Positions 38,809 through 50,796 of a stretch of DNA of 62,963 nt are shown piece after piece. The notes beneath the pieces are model-generated. The model did no database searches. It was not told the origin of the DNA and saw only the letters and a list, made by a program, of their open reading frames with translations. This DNA comes from Chitinophagaceae bacterium (lineage in GTDB: Bacteria > Bacteroidota > Bacteroidia > Chitinophagales > Chitinophagaceae): assembly GCA_020848815.1 (NCBI GenBank), contig JADLHL010000249.1, positions 1-62,963 of the forward strand, written 5' to 3'. How positions within the stretch are numbered: position 1 is the first letter of the stretch; every line of letters starts with the position of its first letter. The position numbers and the translations under genes are program-made.

Positions 38809-39078
38809 TTACCAGCTTGCTTTTTTCACGCCAGGAATTTTACCTTCCAGTGCCATGTCGCGAAACATGTTACGGCAGATACCGAAATGACGCATGTAAC
38901 CTTTAGGACGGCCAGAGAGCTGGCAGCGGTTTTTGAGGCGTACAGGCGATGCATTGCGGGGAAGCTGATCGAGAGCTGCATAATCGCCTGCTGCCTTGAG
39001 GGCTGCACGCTTTTCAGCAAACTTGGCTACGGTAGCTTCACGCTTACGCTGACGGGCTTTAACTGATTCTTTTGCCAT
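38809..39078 (-). CDS. rpsN: 30S ribosomal protein S14 (89-aa form, incomplete Zn motif)
   Basis: LPRNASP.R..NRC and [11 protein letters not shown] motifs. Confidence 0.98.
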   Translation of the reverse strand: MAKESVKARQRKREATVAKFAEKRAALKAAGDYAALDQLPRNASPVRLKNRCQLSGRPKGYMRHFGICRNMFRDMALEGKIPGVKKASW

Positions 39079-39171
39079 AAAAATGAAATTCCAAATTTTA
39101 AAATTCCAAATCCTAAGTGGTGCTTAGTTTCCGCAGGAAGTTTGGAAAATTTCCTTTGGGATCTGGTTTTA

Positions 39172-39747
39172 TTAGTTGTTGTCTTTTTTGATGTTCTTGA
39201 AAGGAAGACCAATTTCTTTCAGCAGTTCGTAAGCCTCTTCGTTGGTACGGGCAGTAGTTACGAAAGTGATATCGAGACCAGTGATTTTGTTCACCTTATC
39301 AATGTCGATTTCTGGGAAGATAATTTGCTCAGTAACACCCATGGTATAGTTACCACGGCCATCAAAGCTCTTATCATTGATACCTTTGAAATCACGAACA
39401 CGAGGTAGTGAAACTGCAATCAAACGATCGAGGAATTCAAACATCTGATCACCACGGAGGGTAACACGTGCACCAATCGGCATATTGCGACGGAGCTTGA
39501 AGTTTGAGATGTCCTTCTTAGACATGGTAGCTACAGCCTTCTGACCAGTGATGGTAGTCAGCTCTTCGATAGCAATGTCTACAAGTTTCTTATCGGCAGT
39601 TGCACCGTTTACGCCACGGTTCAAGCAAATTTTGGTAAGCTTGGGGGCCTGCATTACGGTTTTGTAACCGAACTTCTTCATGAGGGCAGGTACAACTTCA
39701 GCTTTGTACTTATCTGCCAGGCGCGGAGTATAATTTGTTGTTGCCAT
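39172..39747 (-). CDS. rplE: 50S ribosomal protein L5
   Basis: ITGQK, LPRVRDF and FDGRGNY motifs. Confidence 0.98.
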   Translation of the reverse strand: MATTNYTPRLADKYKAEVVPALMKKFGYKTVMQAPKLTKICLNRGVNGATADKKLVDIAIEELTTITGQKAVATMSKKDISNFKLRRNMPIGARVTLRGDQMFEFLDRLIAVSLPRVRDFKGINDKSFDGRGNYTMGVTEQIIFPEIDIDKVNKITGLDITFVTTARTNEEAYELLKEIGLPFKNIKKDNN

Positions 39748-40085
39748 TACTTAATAACCTCCCCGGATTTTTTAGATACACGAACTAATTTACCATTGTC
39801 GCGGCTACGCTTTACACGTACGGCGGCTCCGGCTTTTGCGTCCCACAGTTGCACGTTGCTGATGGCAATGGGTGCTTCTTTTTTCACAATACCACCCTGA
39901 GTGTTTTGTGCTGTAGGTTTTGTATGGCGGGTCTGAATGTTTACACCCTCTACCAGCACTTTAGCCTTGTCAGGATAAACGGCCAGGACAACGCGGGGCT
40001 TTTTCAGATCCTTATCATCACCGGTGATAACAACTACGTTGTCACCTTTCTTGATGTTGAACTTTGGTTTGAAACGATTAGTCAT
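39747..40085 (-). CDS. rplX: 50S ribosomal protein L24
   Basis: [15 protein letters not shown] and EAPIAISNV motifs. Confidence 0.97.
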   Translation of the reverse strand: MTNRFKPKFNIKKGDNVVVITGDDKDLKKPRVVLAVYPDKAKVLVEGVNIQTRHTKPTAQNTQGGIVKKEAPIAISNVQLWDAKAGAAVRVKRSRDNGKLVRVSKKSGEVIK

Positions 40086-40168
40086 ACTTTATAGCTTGAT
40101 GCGTAACGCTTAACGCTTAACGCAGTTATTGAAATTCGCTTTCAGCACTTTGCCTTCGGCGTTTTGCA

Positions 40169-40537
40169 TTACAGTACTTCTGGTGCAAGCGATACAATTT
40201 TCATGTATCCTTTATCACGAAGTTCACGGGCAACTGGTCCGAAAATACGGGTACCACGTGGTTCGTCTGAGTTATTGAGGAGTACCACTGCATTGTCGTC
40301 AAAACGGATGTAGGAACCATCTTTGCGACGGAGTTTGTTTTTGGTACGTACAATTACTGCTTTGGCTACGGTACCTTTTTTCATACCACCACCAGGAATG
40401 GCATCCTTAACAGTTACAACGATCTTGTCGCCAATTCCGGCATAATCCTGTCCGCTGTTGCCAAGTACACGAATACAAAGTACCTCTTTGGCACCGCTGT
40501 TATCCGCTACGTTCAACCGGCTTTCTTGCTGAATCAT
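40169..40537 (-). CDS. rplN: 50S ribosomal protein L14
   Basis: VADNSGA and [12 protein letters not shown] motifs. Confidence 0.98.
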   Translation of the reverse strand: MIQQESRLNVADNSGAKEVLCIRVLGNSGQDYAGIGDKIVVTVKDAIPGGGMKKGTVAKAVIVRTKNKLRRKDGSYIRFDDNAVVLLNNSDEPRGTRIFGPVARELRDKGYMKIVSLAPEVL

Positions 40538-40657
40538 TTTGTTAGCTTTTTAGCTTTAGCACTTGGGCTAATGAAGTTACTAATTGGTCAGAGGCTTATG
40601 CTATGTAATACACACCAGCAAAAAGCTTGAAGCAAGCAGCTATTGCTGCCGGCTGAA

Positions 40658-40915
40658 TTATTTCACTTTTTCAACTACTTCTACCAGTCTCCAGCGCTTT
40701 GTTTTGCTCAGGGGGCGGGTTTCCATAATTTTTACAGTGTCGCCAATGCTGCACTCGTTCTTCTCGTCGTGTGCATGAAACTTGGTCGTCTTTTTTACGA
40801 ACTTACCGTAGATTGGGTGCTTTACTTTACGCTCCACCGCTACTGTAATGGTTTTATCCATCTTGTTGCTGGCTACTACACCAATCCTGGTTTTACGGAG
40901 ATTTCTGGTTTCCAT
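40658..40915 (-). CDS. rpsQ: 30S ribosomal protein S17
   Basis: [14 protein letters not shown] and [11 protein letters not shown] motifs. Start refined to METR. Confidence 0.97.
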   Translation of the reverse strand: METRNLRKTRIGVVASNKMDKTITVAVERKVKHPIYGKFVKKTTKFHAHDEKNECSIGDTVKIMETRPLSKTKRWRLVEVVEKVK

Positions 40916-40954
40916 TTGGTTCAATATTTTGCTGAACTACTTTTCAATTAAAAA

Positions 40955-41164
40955 TTAGCCTACCAGTACTCTTTTCTGGAGTTCGGTTTTCAAACGGGCA
41001 ACATCACGACGGAGATCTCTGATGCTCATTGGATTTTCTAAAGGAGTGATGGCATGTGCAAATTCAAGCTTCTTGAGACGCACTTCATCTTCGCTGATGC
41101 GCACCTTCAGATCTTCGATGCTTATTTCACTCAGGCTTTTGTTGAAGTCAACTTTCTTAGACAT
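40955..41164 (-). CDS. rpmC: 50S ribosomal protein L29
   Basis: LENP..IR..RRDVARLKT motif. Start refined to MSKK. Confidence 0.96.
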   Translation of the reverse strand: MSKKVDFNKSLSEISIEDLKVRISEDEVRLKKLEFAHAITPLENPMSIRDLRRDVARLKTELQKRVLVG

Positions 41165-41269
41165 CTTTTTCAATTTGATAATTAGCCAATATGCTAATCT
41201 GCTAATGAAATTATTTTCTCAGCTGTATGTCTGAAATATTATCATCAGCACACCAGCTTATTCGCATCA

Positions 41270-41689
41270 TTACGCCTGATAATCGCGGCGTACAACGAAC
41301 TTGGTTTTGATTGGAAGCTTCTGCGCAGCAAGTTCCATTGCTTCGCGGGCTACTTCCATCGGTACGCCATCGCATTCAAACAGGATACGACCTGGTTCTA
41401 CTACGGCTGCCCAAAATTCGGGGTTACCTTTACCCTTACCCATCCGCACTTCGGCAGGCTTACGGGTAATGATCTTATCGGGGAATACACGGATCCACAC
41501 ACTACCTTCACGTTTCATGGCACGGGTCATTGCCTGACGGGCACTCTCGATCTGGCGGTTGTTCAACCAAATAGGTTCCTGTGCTTTAAGGGCAAACGAA
41601 CCGAATGAAATGGTAGCGCCACGCTTAGCCACTTCGCGGATGCGGCCTTTTTGTTGCTTGCGGAACTTGGTTCTTTTCGGCTGTAACAT
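41270..41689 (-). CDS. rplP: 50S ribosomal protein L16
   Basis: [11 protein letters not shown] and RMGKGKG motifs. Confidence 0.98.
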   Translation of the reverse strand: MLQPKRTKFRKQQKGRIREVAKRGATISFGSFALKAQEPIWLNNRQIESARQAMTRAMKREGSVWIRVFPDKIITRKPAEVRMGKGKGNPEFWAAVVEPGRILFECDGVPMEVAREAMELAAQKLPIKTKFVVRRDYQA

Positions 41690-41742
41690 TTATCTACGTA
41701 TTTGAATATTTACAATAAGTTGAAGCTGGATGCCTGTGGTTA

Positions 41743-42528
41743 TTAACGACGGCCTCCACGGTCACGACGGTCGCCGCCACCTCTTCTGTCGCCACCACGT
41801 CCACCGCGGTCGCCACGGTCACCACCACGGTCATCGCCACCACGACGGTCGCTCAGGCCGCTGCCGGTACCCACAAAGTTGGGGTTAAGGTCACGCTTGG
41901 TCAATACTTCACCTTTACAAATCCATACTTTCAAACCAATTTTACCGTATACGGTTTGAGCAGCCAGGCTGGCGTAGTCAATATCCATACGGAAGGTGTG
42001 CAATGGAGTACGGCCCATTTTGATTTCTTCGCTACGGGCAATTTCAGCACCACCCAAACGGCCACTGGCTTTTACCTTAATACCTTCGGCCCCCATACGC
42101 ATAGCAGAAGCAATTGCCATTTTGATGGCACGCTTGTAGTTGATGCGGTTTTCGATCTGACGGGCGATAGTATCAGCTACAATCATAGCATCTACTTCCG
42201 GACGACGGATTTCGAGGATGTTGATTTGAACGTCTTCTTTACCGGTAAGCTTCTTCAGCTCTTCTTTGATACGGTCTACTTCACCACCGCCTTTACCAAT
42301 AATGATACCAGGCTTTGAAGTATGAATAGTTACAATCAGTTTATTGAGGGTACGTTCGATAACGATTTTTGAGATACCACCTTTGTTGATACGAGCATTG
42401 AGGTAGGTACGGATCTTGTTGTCCTCGATCAGTCGGTCGGCGTACACTTTTTTGTTGCCGTACCAGTTACTGTCCCAACCACGGATGATACCGAGTCTGT
42501 TACCGATTGGATTTGCTTTTTGACCCAT
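41743..42528 (-). CDS. rpsC: 30S ribosomal protein S3 with R/G/D-rich tail
   Basis: MGQKANPIG and [10 protein letters not shown] motifs. Confidence 0.98.
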   Translation of the reverse strand: MGQKANPIGNRLGIIRGWDSNWYGNKKVYADRLIEDNKIRTYLNARINKGGISKIVIERTLNKLIVTIHTSKPGIIIGKGGGEVDRIKEELKKLTGKEDVQINILEIRRPEVDAMIVADTIARQIENRINYKRAIKMAIASAMRMGAEGIKVKASGRLGGAEIARSEEIKMGRTPLHTFRMDIDYASLAAQTVYGKIGLKVWICKGEVLTKRDLNPNFVGTGSGLSDRRGGDDRGGDRGDRGGRGGDRRGGGDRRDRGGRR

Positions 42529-42570
42529 TATTTCAAGTTGAAAATTTTGAACGATTTCGATTTGTGAGAA

Positions 42571-42906
42571 TTAGATGGCGTCTACAGTTACGGTTACGTG
42601 ATTGCTACGCTTACGTACACGGTATCCACGGCCTTGAGGGGCTGGACGCATCCGCTTCAGGGTACGGCCACCGTCTACCATAATGGTTTTCACCACCAGT
42701 GCATTTTCATCTGCACCTTCATTCTTTGCTTTCCAGTTAAAGGCAGCACTTTTTACCAGCTTTGCCAAAGGCACAGAACTGTGCTTGGTATTGTGCTCAA
42801 GTACAGCCAATGCTTTTTCCACCTTCATACCACGAATCAGGTCGGCCAGCAAACGCATTTTGCGGGGCGAAGTGGGGTAATTTTTCAGTTTAGCTACTGC
42901 TTCCAT
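42571..42906 (-). CDS. rplV: 50S ribosomal protein L22
   Basis: [14 protein letters not shown] and PQGR..KRSNH motifs. Confidence 0.98.
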   Translation of the reverse strand: MEAVAKLKNYPTSPRKMRLLADLIRGMKVEKALAVLEHNTKHSSVPLAKLVKSAAFNWKAKNEGADENALVVKTIMVDGGRTLKRMRPAPQGRGYRVRKRSNHVTVTVDAI

Positions 42907-42995
42907 TTTTATTCAGTTTCAGGTTTTTGGTTTTTAGTATTTGCTGTAGAAAAATGAAACAGCGAACAACCAAAAACCACCAACATTTAAACAAT

Positions 42996-43265
42996 TTATT
43001 TTTTGCTACCAGCGTGTCCTCTAAAGTTGCGGGTAGGAGCAAATTCACCAAGTTTGTGACCAACCATAAATTCGGTTACATACACGGGAATGAACTTGTT
43101 TCCGTTGTGCACCGCGAAAGTTTGACCTACAAAATCAGGAGTGATTGTAGAACGACGACTCCAGGTTTTGATAACGCCTTTTTTCACTTTGCCTTCAGCC
43201 ATGTTCACGATTTTCTTCTCGAGTTTGGCATCAACGTAAGGACCTTTTTTAATTGAACGAGCCAT
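42996..43265 (-). CDS. rpsS: 30S ribosomal protein S19
   Basis: TWSRRS and [11 protein letters not shown] motifs. Confidence 0.98.
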   Translation of the reverse strand: MARSIKKGPYVDAKLEKKIVNMAEGKVKKGVIKTWSRRSTITPDFVGQTFAVHNGNKFIPVYVTEFMVGHKLGEFAPTRNFRGHAGSKK

Positions 43266-43338
43266 ATTGAATTCGTTAATTTGAAATTTGAGGATTTGAA
43301 AATTGAATTGGTTGCTGTGTACTTATACAATTCTCAAA

Positions 43339-44178
43339 TTACTTAGCCAATTTTTTACCGTCGCGGCGTTGCAAAATCAGCTTATCGCTACCCTTGCCTT
43401 TAGTACGGGTCTTTTCGCCTTTGGCGTATTTACCAGTACGGCTGCGTGGGTGGCCACCAGAAGCACGGCCTTCACCACCACCCATTGGGTGATCTACTGG
43501 GTTCATAGCCACACCACGGTTGCGGGGGCGGATACCACGCCAACGGTTAGCACCTGCTTTACCGAGGCTCTGAAGGTTATGGTCGCCATTGCTTACTACA
43601 CCTACAGTAGCGTAGCAATTAATGAGCAACTTGCGCAATTCGCCAGAAGGCATTTTCAACACAGCGTATGATTCTTCTTTGTTGGTAAGCTGTGCTGCAG
43701 AACCGGCACTACGAACCAGTTTGCCACCCTGACCAGGCTGCATTTCAATGTTGTGAACGTTGGTACCCAAAGGCATATTCTTCATAGGAAGACAGTTGCC
43801 AATTTCAGGAGCTACAGTTTCGCCAGAAATTACTTTCTGACCAACCTGAATGCCTTGAGGTGCCAGGATGTAACGCTTTTCGCCATCGGTGTACTGCACC
43901 AGTGCGATGAAAGCGGTACGGTTTGGATCATATTCAACTGTAAGTACAGTTGCTTCAATATTTTGCTTGTTGCGTTTGAAGTCGATGATACGATACTTCT
44001 GCTTGTGACCACCGCCAATGTAGCGCATGGTGCGACGGCCTTGAGCGTTACGGCCACCTGATTTTTTCACAGGTTCCAGCAAGCTCGATTCAGGCTTGTT
44101 AGTGGTTACTTCAGCATACGCATTACCAATTTTCCAGCGGGTGCCGGCGGTCATTGGTTTGTATTTTTTCAGTGCCAT
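43339..44178 (-). CDS. rplB: 50S ribosomal protein L2
   Basis: EYDPNR and [13 protein letters not shown] motifs. Confidence 0.98.
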   Translation of the reverse strand: MALKKYKPMTAGTRWKIGNAYAEVTTNKPESSLLEPVKKSGGRNAQGRRTMRYIGGGHKQKYRIIDFKRNKQNIEATVLTVEYDPNRTAFIALVQYTDGEKRYILAPQGIQVGQKVISGETVAPEIGNCLPMKNMPLGTNVHNIEMQPGQGGKLVRSAGSAAQLTNKEESYAVLKMPSGELRKLLINCYATVGVVSNGDHNLQSLGKAGANRWRGIRPRNRGVAMNPVDHPMGGGEGRASGGHPRSRTGKYAKGEKTRTKGKGSDKLILQRRDGKKLAK

Positions 44179-44255
44179 GTTTCTTTGTTCTGAATTGGTT
44201 TATTTCAACACTTCGCGGCGGTTGGTTGCCATTCTTGTTTTACTAAAAAGAAAGA

Positions 44256-44555
44256 TTAGATTTCGCCGTACAGGTTAATTTCTTCGCCTTCTGCTACCGT
44301 TACTACTGCCTTCTTTTTGGCAGGCTTGCGGCCATTGATAAAGCCAGATTTAGTGAAGCGAGACTTTGCTTTACCAGGCATCACCAACGTATTCACGTCA
44401 GTTACATTTACGCCGTAAAAATCTTCTACCGCTTTTTTAATCTCCAGCTTGTTGGCCTTACGATCTACGATGAAGGTGTAGCTGCGCTTCTTTTCAATTT
44501 GCTTGTTCACCTTTTCGGTCAACACAGGCTTTATTAATACATCTGTCAGTTTCAT
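44256..44555 (-). CDS. rplW: 50S ribosomal protein L23
   Basis: PVLTEK, ANKLEIKKAVE and KKAVV motifs. Confidence 0.97.
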   Translation of the reverse strand: MKLTDVLIKPVLTEKVNKQIEKKRSYTFIVDRKANKLEIKKAVEDFYGVNVTDVNTLVMPGKAKSRFTKSGFINGRKPAKKKAVVTVAEGEEINLYGEI

Positions 44556-44581
44556 GTCGATCAGAATTATTCGGTTCTTAA

Positions 44582-45214
44582 TTAAGCTTCAGTACCTTCT
44601 TCGGTGAAGATTTTTGCAGCAGTTTCAGTCAGTACCATTACGTCAGCATTTACAATGTCGTAAGTGTTGATGTCGGCCAGTTCAATAGCAGCAGCATTAG
44701 GTATGTTGCGCAGGCTCAGGTAGAAGTTGGTATCCAGTTCAGGATATACAAACAATGCTTTTTTATCAGCAATACCCAGGTTTTGCATTACACCGGCAAA
44801 AGCTTTTGTCTTAGGTGTTTCAAACTTCAGGTCTTCTACAATTACAATGGCGCTGTCTTTTGCTTTGTAGCTAAGGGCACCAATTTTTGCCAGATCTTTC
44901 ACCTTACGGTTCAGCTTCTGGTCGTAAGTGGTAGGCTTAGGTCCAAAAATGGTACCACCACCTTTGTACAAAGGGTTACGAATGTTACCCTTACGGCTGC
45001 CACCGGTACCTTTTTGCTTGTGCAGCTTGCGGCTTGCACCTTGTACTTCAGCACGGGTTTTCACCTTTGAAGTACCCTGACGCTGAGCGGCCAGGTATTG
45101 TTTTACAGCCAGATAAATTACATGATCATTGGGCTGTGCACCGAAGATGTCTTCGGGAAGTTCCACTGTTCTGCCAGTTTTCTGACCTGCTGTATTTAAA
45201 ACTTCGATTGTCAT
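44582..45214 (-). CDS. rplD: 50S ribosomal protein L4
   Basis: RQGT..KTRAEV, QKGTG and GGGTIFGP motifs. Start refined to MTIEV. Confidence 0.97.
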   Translation of the reverse strand: MTIEVLNTAGQKTGRTVELPEDIFGAQPNDHVIYLAVKQYLAAQRQGTSKVKTRAEVQGASRKLHKQKGTGGSRKGNIRNPLYKGGGTIFGPKPTTYDQKLNRKVKDLAKIGALSYKAKDSAIVIVEDLKFETPKTKAFAGVMQNLGIADKKALFVYPELDTNFYLSLRNIPNAAAIELADINTYDIVNADVMVLTETAAKIFTEEGTEA

Positions 45215-45256
45215 AACTTTTTCGTTTCTCACCGGGCGGGCCGGCACGGTTTACAA

Positions 45257-45874
45257 TTACTTCTGGATTAAAACGATTGAACCATTGTGGCCGGGAACTG
45301 ATCCGCTGATCAGGATGTAATTCTTTTCAGGGAAAATCTTTACCACTTGCAGGCCTTTCATTTTTACCCTGTCGCCACCCATACGGCCAGCCATACGCAT
45401 ACCTTTAAATACACGGCTGGCGTCAGATGAGTTACCAATTGAACCGGGGGCACGCTGACGATCATGCTGACCATGTGATTGCTCACCAACACCGTGGAAA
45501 CCATGGCGTTTTACAACACCCTGGAAACCTTTACCCTTGGTGGTACCCACAACGTCAACTTTTTCGCCTTCGGCAAAAATGTCAACAGTGACTTGTTCGC
45601 CAAGAGCCTTCTCCAGCGTACAGTCACGAAATTCTTTTACAAATGATTTGGGAGCAGTTTGTGCTTTTGCGAAGTGGTTCTTTTCTGCTTTAGTAGCATT
45701 CTTTTCCTTCTTTTCGCCGTAAGCCAACTGAAGTGCATTGTAACCGTCTACATCGGCGGTTTTCACCTGCGATACAACACAGGGACCAGCTTCTACTATG
45801 GTGCAAGCTATTTGCTTACCATTGGGATCGAATATGCTGGTCATCCCGATTTTTTTTCCAATAATACCTTTCAT
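45257..45874 (-). CDS. rplC: 50S ribosomal protein L3
   Basis: [19 protein letters not shown] and RAPGSIG motifs. Confidence 0.98.
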   Translation of the reverse strand: MKGIIGKKIGMTSIFDPNGKQIACTIVEAGPCVVSQVKTADVDGYNALQLAYGEKKEKNATKAEKNHFAKAQTAPKSFVKEFRDCTLEKALGEQVTVDIFAEGEKVDVVGTTKGKGFQGVVKRHGFHGVGEQSHGQHDRQRAPGSIGNSSDASRVFKGMRMAGRMGGDRVKMKGLQVVKIFPEKNYILISGSVPGHNGSIVLIQK

Positions 45875-46149
45875 TGATATCGGTTTGTGCCCGGCAGAGT
45901 TAAGAGGACTTCCGCACAGAGGCGAATTCAATCCCAGTTTAGCTACCGACCTTTTCCTTTGTTTCCGCCGTTTTGCAGAGGGGAAGTACCGGTAGTAAAC
46001 AAACCCTGAAAGGCTTGTTCATATGTTTGGCTCACTTGGTAGTGAGAGTTATGTAAAATCAGAGCTCTTTTTTCACGCCCCTTTGGCCGGATTGAGAGAT
46101 GATTGCTTTGTTTGTTCTGTAGTGAAGCCAGGCCTCACTCAGTCAGCTG

Positions 46150-46455
46150 TTACGCTTTGATTTCCACTTCAACACCACTTGGCAAATCTAGTTTGCTCAG
46201 GGCATCTACTGTGCGACTACTGCTGGTGTAGATATCCAACAAACGCTTGTGCGTATTGAGTTGGAATTGTTCACGAGCTTTCTTGTTTACGTGCGGTGAA
46301 CGCAGTACAGTAAAGATCTTTTTGTGTGTTGGCAAAGGAATTGGACCTGTTACCACAGCACCTGTGCTCCGCACAGTTTTCACAATTTTCTCGGCTGATT
46401 TGTCAACCAGGTTGTGATCGTAAGATTGCAGTTTAATACGTATCCGCTGACTCAT
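46150..46455 (-). CDS. rpsJ: 30S ribosomal protein S10
   Basis: IRIKL.SYD, GPIPLPT and RSPHVNK motifs. Near-consensus TACCTTCG upstream at 46494-46487. Confidence 0.98.
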   Translation of the reverse strand: MSQRIRIKLQSYDHNLVDKSAEKIVKTVRSTGAVVTGPIPLPTHKKIFTVLRSPHVNKKAREQFQLNTHKRLLDIYTSSSRTVDALSKLDLPSGVEVEIKA

Positions 46456-46598
46456 AATTCAAAGACCCTTTTTTCGAATTGGGATGCGAAGGTAATGGGA
46501 TTCAATTATCAGGCAAAAGTTTTTTGAAACATTTTTACCAAAACGGGGGCAAAAGTCGGTTTTTGCCGCATTTTTTTCCACAAATACCCATTTGGGGG

Positions 46599-46719
46599 CC
46601 ATCAGCAGGGTGCATAACTCAGCTACATATCGGGCTGCTACGGGGTTCCGCCCCTCGCCGGCATGGGTTGCACCCGCCGGCCAGCGGCCAAGCCCTCCAC
46701 ATCCCGGGCCCATCAGCAG
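46599..46719. repeat. GC-rich nested-hairpin element flanked by 10-bp direct repeats
   Basis: CCATCAGCAG at 46599 and 46710. Internal GCCGGC-GGGT/ACCC-GCCGGC hairpin. Confidence 0.4.
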
Positions 46720-46787
46720 CACTCCACTACGCAGCTATTTCCACTCAACTCAAACCATTAACTTACAGCTCCCTATATCACATATTT

Positions 46788-49700
46788 ATGAAACATGTAT
46801 TGATGTTCGCCATTTCGATGGCTGCTTGCATAAGCCTGACTGCCCAAAACAGCAGCAAAAAGAAAACAACTCCCGCTCCTGCACCATCAGTTAGCTGGAA
46901 TGACCATTTGCAGGGCATGCAATGGCGAAACCTTGGGCCTACCCGTGGCGGCCGTTCGGTAGCCTGCAGCGGCGTACCGGGCCAACCGCTCATTTATTAT
47001 ATGGGCAGCACCGGTGGCGGCGTTTGGAAAACCGAAGATGCCGGCATCAGCTGGCGCAACATTTCCGATGGCTTTTTTAATACCGGCTCCGTGGGTGCTA
47101 TTGCTGTAGCCGAAAGCGACCCCAATGTGGTATATGTAGGCATGGGCGAACATACTCCACGTGGTGTAATGACCTCCGCTGGCGATGGCGTGTACAAAAG
47201 CACCGATGCCGGCAAAACCTGGCAGCACATTGGCCTCACCAATACTATGCATATTGCAGCCATCCGCATTCATCCTTCCAACCCCGATGTGGTGTATGTG
47301 GCGGCACAGGGAGCCATTCATGGTCCTACAGCCGAACGGGGCATTTACAAAACCACCGATGGCGGCCGCAGCTGGGACCGGGTGCTGTTTGTTGATGACA
47401 ATACTGGTTGTGCCGACCTGAGTATGGACATGAGTAACCCTCGCATTTTATATGCCGGCATGTGGGATCATCGCAGGCTACCTTGGCTGGTGCGTAGCGG
47501 TGGCCCGGGCAGTGGCTTGTACAAAAGCACCGATGGCGGAAATACCTGGCACAAAATGAGCGAAGGCCTGCCTGCTAACTTGGGCAAAGTAGCCATTGAT
47601 GTAAGCAGGGCCAACCCCGGCAGGGTGTATGCCAATATTGAAAGCGAAGATGGCCTCGGTGGCGTTTACCGCAGCGATGATGGTGGAGACTCATGGTCGC
47701 AAACAAGCAAAGCAAGGGTAACCGTTGCCCGTGCCTGGTACTACATCGAAATATTTGCCGATCCGCAAGATCAAAACACCGTGTATGTACTCAATGCACC
47801 GGCACTCAAATCTATTGACGGTGGTAAAACTTTTACCAACCTGCCCACGCCACACGGCGACAACCACTGGCTGTGGATAGACCCAGCCAACAATAAACGG
47901 ATGATTAATGCTAACGACGGGGGCGCCAATATTTCTTTCAATGGTGGTGCCAGCTGGAGCAGCCAGCAAAACCAACCCACCGCACAGTTTTACCGGGTCA
48001 TTGCCGATAAGCAATTTCCCTACAACCTCTATGCCGGCCAGCAAGATAATACAGCTGTAATTGTACCCAGCAAAAGCCCCTTTGGTGGCATAGACTGGCA
48101 ACAATGGACTTTTGGCCCTGGCGGTGAAAGTGCTTTCCTTGCCTTTGACCCCAACAACCCCACGAAAGTTTTTGGTGGCAGCTATCAGGGAAATATTGAA
48201 GTGCTCGACCGCAAACTTAGCAGCACTAAAGACGTGATGGCCAGCCCCACCATTGGATTAGGCGTGATACCCAAAAACCAAGTCTACCGTTTCAACTGGA
48301 ATGCTCCCATTGTGGCCGATCCGTTTAATCCGGCCATTATTTACCATGCTGGCAACAAAGTGCTCAAAACCACTGATGCCGGCCAGAGCTGGACAGAAAT
48401 AAGCGGCGACCTCACCCGCAATGACACTGCCAAGCAGGGCAATGGCGGGGCTCCATTTACCAATGAAGGGGCAGGCGGCGAAGTGTACAATACCCTGGCT
48501 TACATTGCCTGCTCTCCTATTACACAGGGTGAAATATGGACCGGCTCCGACGATGGCCTGGTACACCTCACCCGCGACGGCGGTAACACCTGGAGCAATG
48601 TAACGCCAGCAGGTCTTGGCGAAACACTCGTCAACAGCATCGAGGTATCTTACCACACACCGGGCAAGGCCATCATTGCTACCACCGGTTACAAAATGAA
48701 TGACTTCTCTCCCGCAGTCTTCATCACATACGACTACGGCAAAACATGGAGCAAACAAACCAACGGATTTGAGGCCAAAGATTTTTGCAGGGTAGTAAGA
48801 GAAGACCGGGTAAAAAAAGGCCTGCTGTATGCCGGCACCGAAAGGGGCCTCTACATCAGCACGAATGACGGACTGGCTTGGCAGCGTTTTCAACTCAATC
48901 TGCCGGTGGTGGCCATCAATGACCTCACCATTGCCGACAACGACTTGGTGGCTGCCACCAGCGGCCGTGCCTTTTGGATTTTAGATGACCTCTCACCCTT
49001 GCAGCAACTGCAAGATCGAGTGCCGGCTACCGCAACATTATTTATGTCGAAACCGACCGTGAAAACCGGCTGGGGCGGCGGCAGTCCGCAAGTAGGTGCC
49101 AATCCTGCAGAGGGCGCTGCATTGTATTATTTTTTACCAGCAAAAACAGATAGCATCGGGCTAATTATACGCAATGCAAAAGGCGACACCATACGCCAAT
49201 ACAACAGCTGGAAAAATGAAACTGAAGTGAGTGGCTACCCTGGCGGCCCCGCTCCTGAGCCATTGCTGCCAACAGAAGAAGGGCTGCACAAATTCAATTG
49301 GGATTTGCGGCACGAAAGTTTGCCCGGCATTAAGGGTCAATTCCTGAATGCAGATTATCGTGGCGCCAGTGTACCGCCCGGAACGTATAGCGTAACCTTG
49401 AAAGCAGGCACTACAAGCAGCGATGCTACGCTACAGGTATTGCAAGACCCAAGAGTACAAGTATCTGCCAATGCCTACGAAGAGCAGTATGCTTTTTGCC
49501 AACAGATTGATGCTGCAGTAACCAACATGCATCAATCTGTAGTACGTATGCGTTCGGTAAAACAACAAGTAGAACAACTAAACACCCAACTAAAAGGTAT
49601 TGCTGAAACTGATACGTTGGTAAAAACTGGCAAAACATTGATTGCAAAAATCAATGCATGGGAAAAACAAATCATTACTACCCAACAGGAAACATTTCAG

Positions 49701-49934
49701 GATGTAATTAATTATTACAACCGGCTGAGTGCAGAGCTACTCGACTTGCGTGGCCGGGTAGACAATGCACAACAACCCATCATTCCTGCTGGCCACAAAA
49801 AGCAATGGCAAACCTTGCTTTCAGCATGGACAAAGTATGAAACCGAATTACTACAAATCATCAATCGAGACTTACCTGCCTTTAATGATTTGTACAAAGC
49901 CAAAGCATTACCAGCGATTCTTTTACCCCAATAA
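46788..49934 (+). CDS. Secreted VPS10/BNR (Asp-box) repeat protein, glycosyl-hydrolase-like
   Basis: Signal peptide from the ATG at 46788. WRNLGP..GGR and many S.DGG.TW Asp boxes. Helical C-terminus. Confidence 0.88.
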   Translation: MKHVLMFAISMAACISLTAQNSSKKKTTPAPAPSVSWNDHLQGMQWRNLGPTRGGRSVACSGVPGQPLIYYMGSTGGGVWKTEDAGISWRNISDGFFNTGSVGAIAVAESDPNVVYVGMGEHTPRGVMTSAGDGVYKSTDAGKTWQHIGLTNTMHIAAIRIHPSNPDVVYVAAQGAIHGPTAERGIYKTTDGGRSWDRVLFVDDNTGCADLSMDMSNPRILYAGMWDHRRLPWLVRSGGPGSGLYKSTDGGNTWHKMSEGLPANLGKVAIDVSRANPGRVYANIESEDGLGGVYRSDDGGDSWSQTSKARVTVARAWYYIEIFADPQDQNTVYVLNAPALKSIDGGKTFTNLPTPHGDNHWLWIDPANNKRMINANDGGANISFNGGASWSSQQNQPTAQFYRVIADKQFPYNLYAGQQDNTAVIVPSKSPFGGIDWQQWTFGPGGESAFLAFDPNNPTKVFGGSYQGNIEVLDRKLSSTKDVMASPTIGLGVIPKNQVYRFNWNAPIVADPFNPAIIYHAGNKVLKTTDAGQSWTEISGDLTRNDTAKQGNGGAPFTNEGAGGEVYNTLAYIACSPITQGEIWTGSDDGLVHLTRDGGNTWSNVTPAGLGETLVNSIEVSYHTPGKAIIATTGYKMNDFSPAVFITYDYGKTWSKQTNGFEAKDFCRVVREDRVKKGLLYAGTERGLYISTNDGLAWQRFQLNLPVVAINDLTIADNDLVAATSGRAFWILDDLSPLQQLQDRVPATATLFMSKPTVKTGWGGGSPQVGANPAEGAALYYFLPAKTDSIGLIIRNAKGDTIRQYNSWKNETEVSGYPGGPAPEPLLPTEEGLHKFNWDLRHESLPGIKGQFLNADYRGASVPPGTYSVTLKAGTTSSDATLQVLQDPRVQVSANAYEEQYAFCQQIDAAVTNMHQSVVRMRSVKQQVEQLNTQLKGIAETDTLVKTGKTLIAKINAWEKQIITTQQETFQDVINYYNRLSAELLDLRGRVDNAQQPIIPAGHKKQWQTLLSAWTKYETELLQIINRDLPAFNDLYKAKALPAILLPQ

Positions 49935-49940
49935 GAGATG

Positions 49941-49976
49941 AATAAAAAAAGCCGGATTACTCCGGCTTTTTTTATT
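49941..49976. terminator. Bidirectional terminator
   Basis: AATAAAAAAAGCCGGA/TCCGGCTTTTTTTATT. Confidence 0.9.
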
Positions 49977-50697
49977 GAACCACAACTTGCTCTTCGTTGA
50001 GCAACGGTAGCTGCGAAAAACGCAACAAGAGTTGAGCCACTGTAAGCACATCCCGCTGGCAATACGAGACAATTTTGTCCAATGCTTTTTCTTTCCAGTA
50101 AGCATTGCCCACCATGCTACCATCGAGGTCTTGCTTGGGCGAAGCAATGCCCAAACAGGCTGCCAATAATTTAAGCGAGGTAAAATGCTTGTAATCGCCA
50201 AACTTCCACAGTTGCAGCGTATCCAATAGCGGCACATCCCAGGGCTTCACCGCCTGAAAATCGAGCCACTGCGGCAAGGGTTGACTTTGCACCAGCAAAC
50301 GGCGACAGATATACGGAATATCAAACTCACGAATGTTGTGCCCGGCAAACCACATCCTCATTTTGCGGGCTTGCATCAGCTGAGATACCGACTGTACAAA
50401 CGATGTAAGCACTACTGCTTCATCATCGCCATAAAATGATTTTAAACGAAGCTCAAATTTTCCCGCCGCATCTTTTCTTAAATAGCCTACGCTAATACAA
50501 ATGATTTTTCCGAACTCAGCCATAATAGCTGCCTTCTCCTGATACAAAGATTCAGGCGTTGAGTCTTCCGTTTGGAACCAGCTGGTCTTTTCTTCAAACA
50601 ACGACTGCCACTCTGCGGGCAGTAGCCGAAAGTCCGGTTGCTGAGAAACGGTTTCAATATCAATGAAAATACATTGTTCTGGTTGGGGCATTTGCAT
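49972..50697 (-). CDS. DEDD 3'-5' exonuclease (PolB-like)
   Basis: FIDIET, GHNIREFDIP and YCQRDV motifs. Confidence 0.88.
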   Translation of the reverse strand: MQMPQPEQCIFIDIETVSQQPDFRLLPAEWQSLFEEKTSWFQTEDSTPESLYQEKAAIMAEFGKIICISVGYLRKDAAGKFELRLKSFYGDDEAVVLTSFVQSVSQLMQARKMRMWFAGHNIREFDIPYICRRLLVQSQPLPQWLDFQAVKPWDVPLLDTLQLWKFGDYKHFTSLKLLAACLGIASPKQDLDGSMVGNAYWKEKALDKIVSYCQRDVLTVAQLLLRFSQLPLLNEEQVVVQ

Positions 50698-50796
50698 GGT
50701 AGTAAGATAGTGTATTTGTGTTAATCAACATATGCGGATAACTGTGCCCTGTTTGGGGTTGGTACAGCCAATATCTTCCGATACAAATCCAAGCAG

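Noticed and set aside
46479-46787. 103-aa N-terminal extension of the VPS10/BNR ORF
   Set aside because: It overlaps the rpsJ promoter and a hairpin element. The signal peptide begins at ATG 46788.
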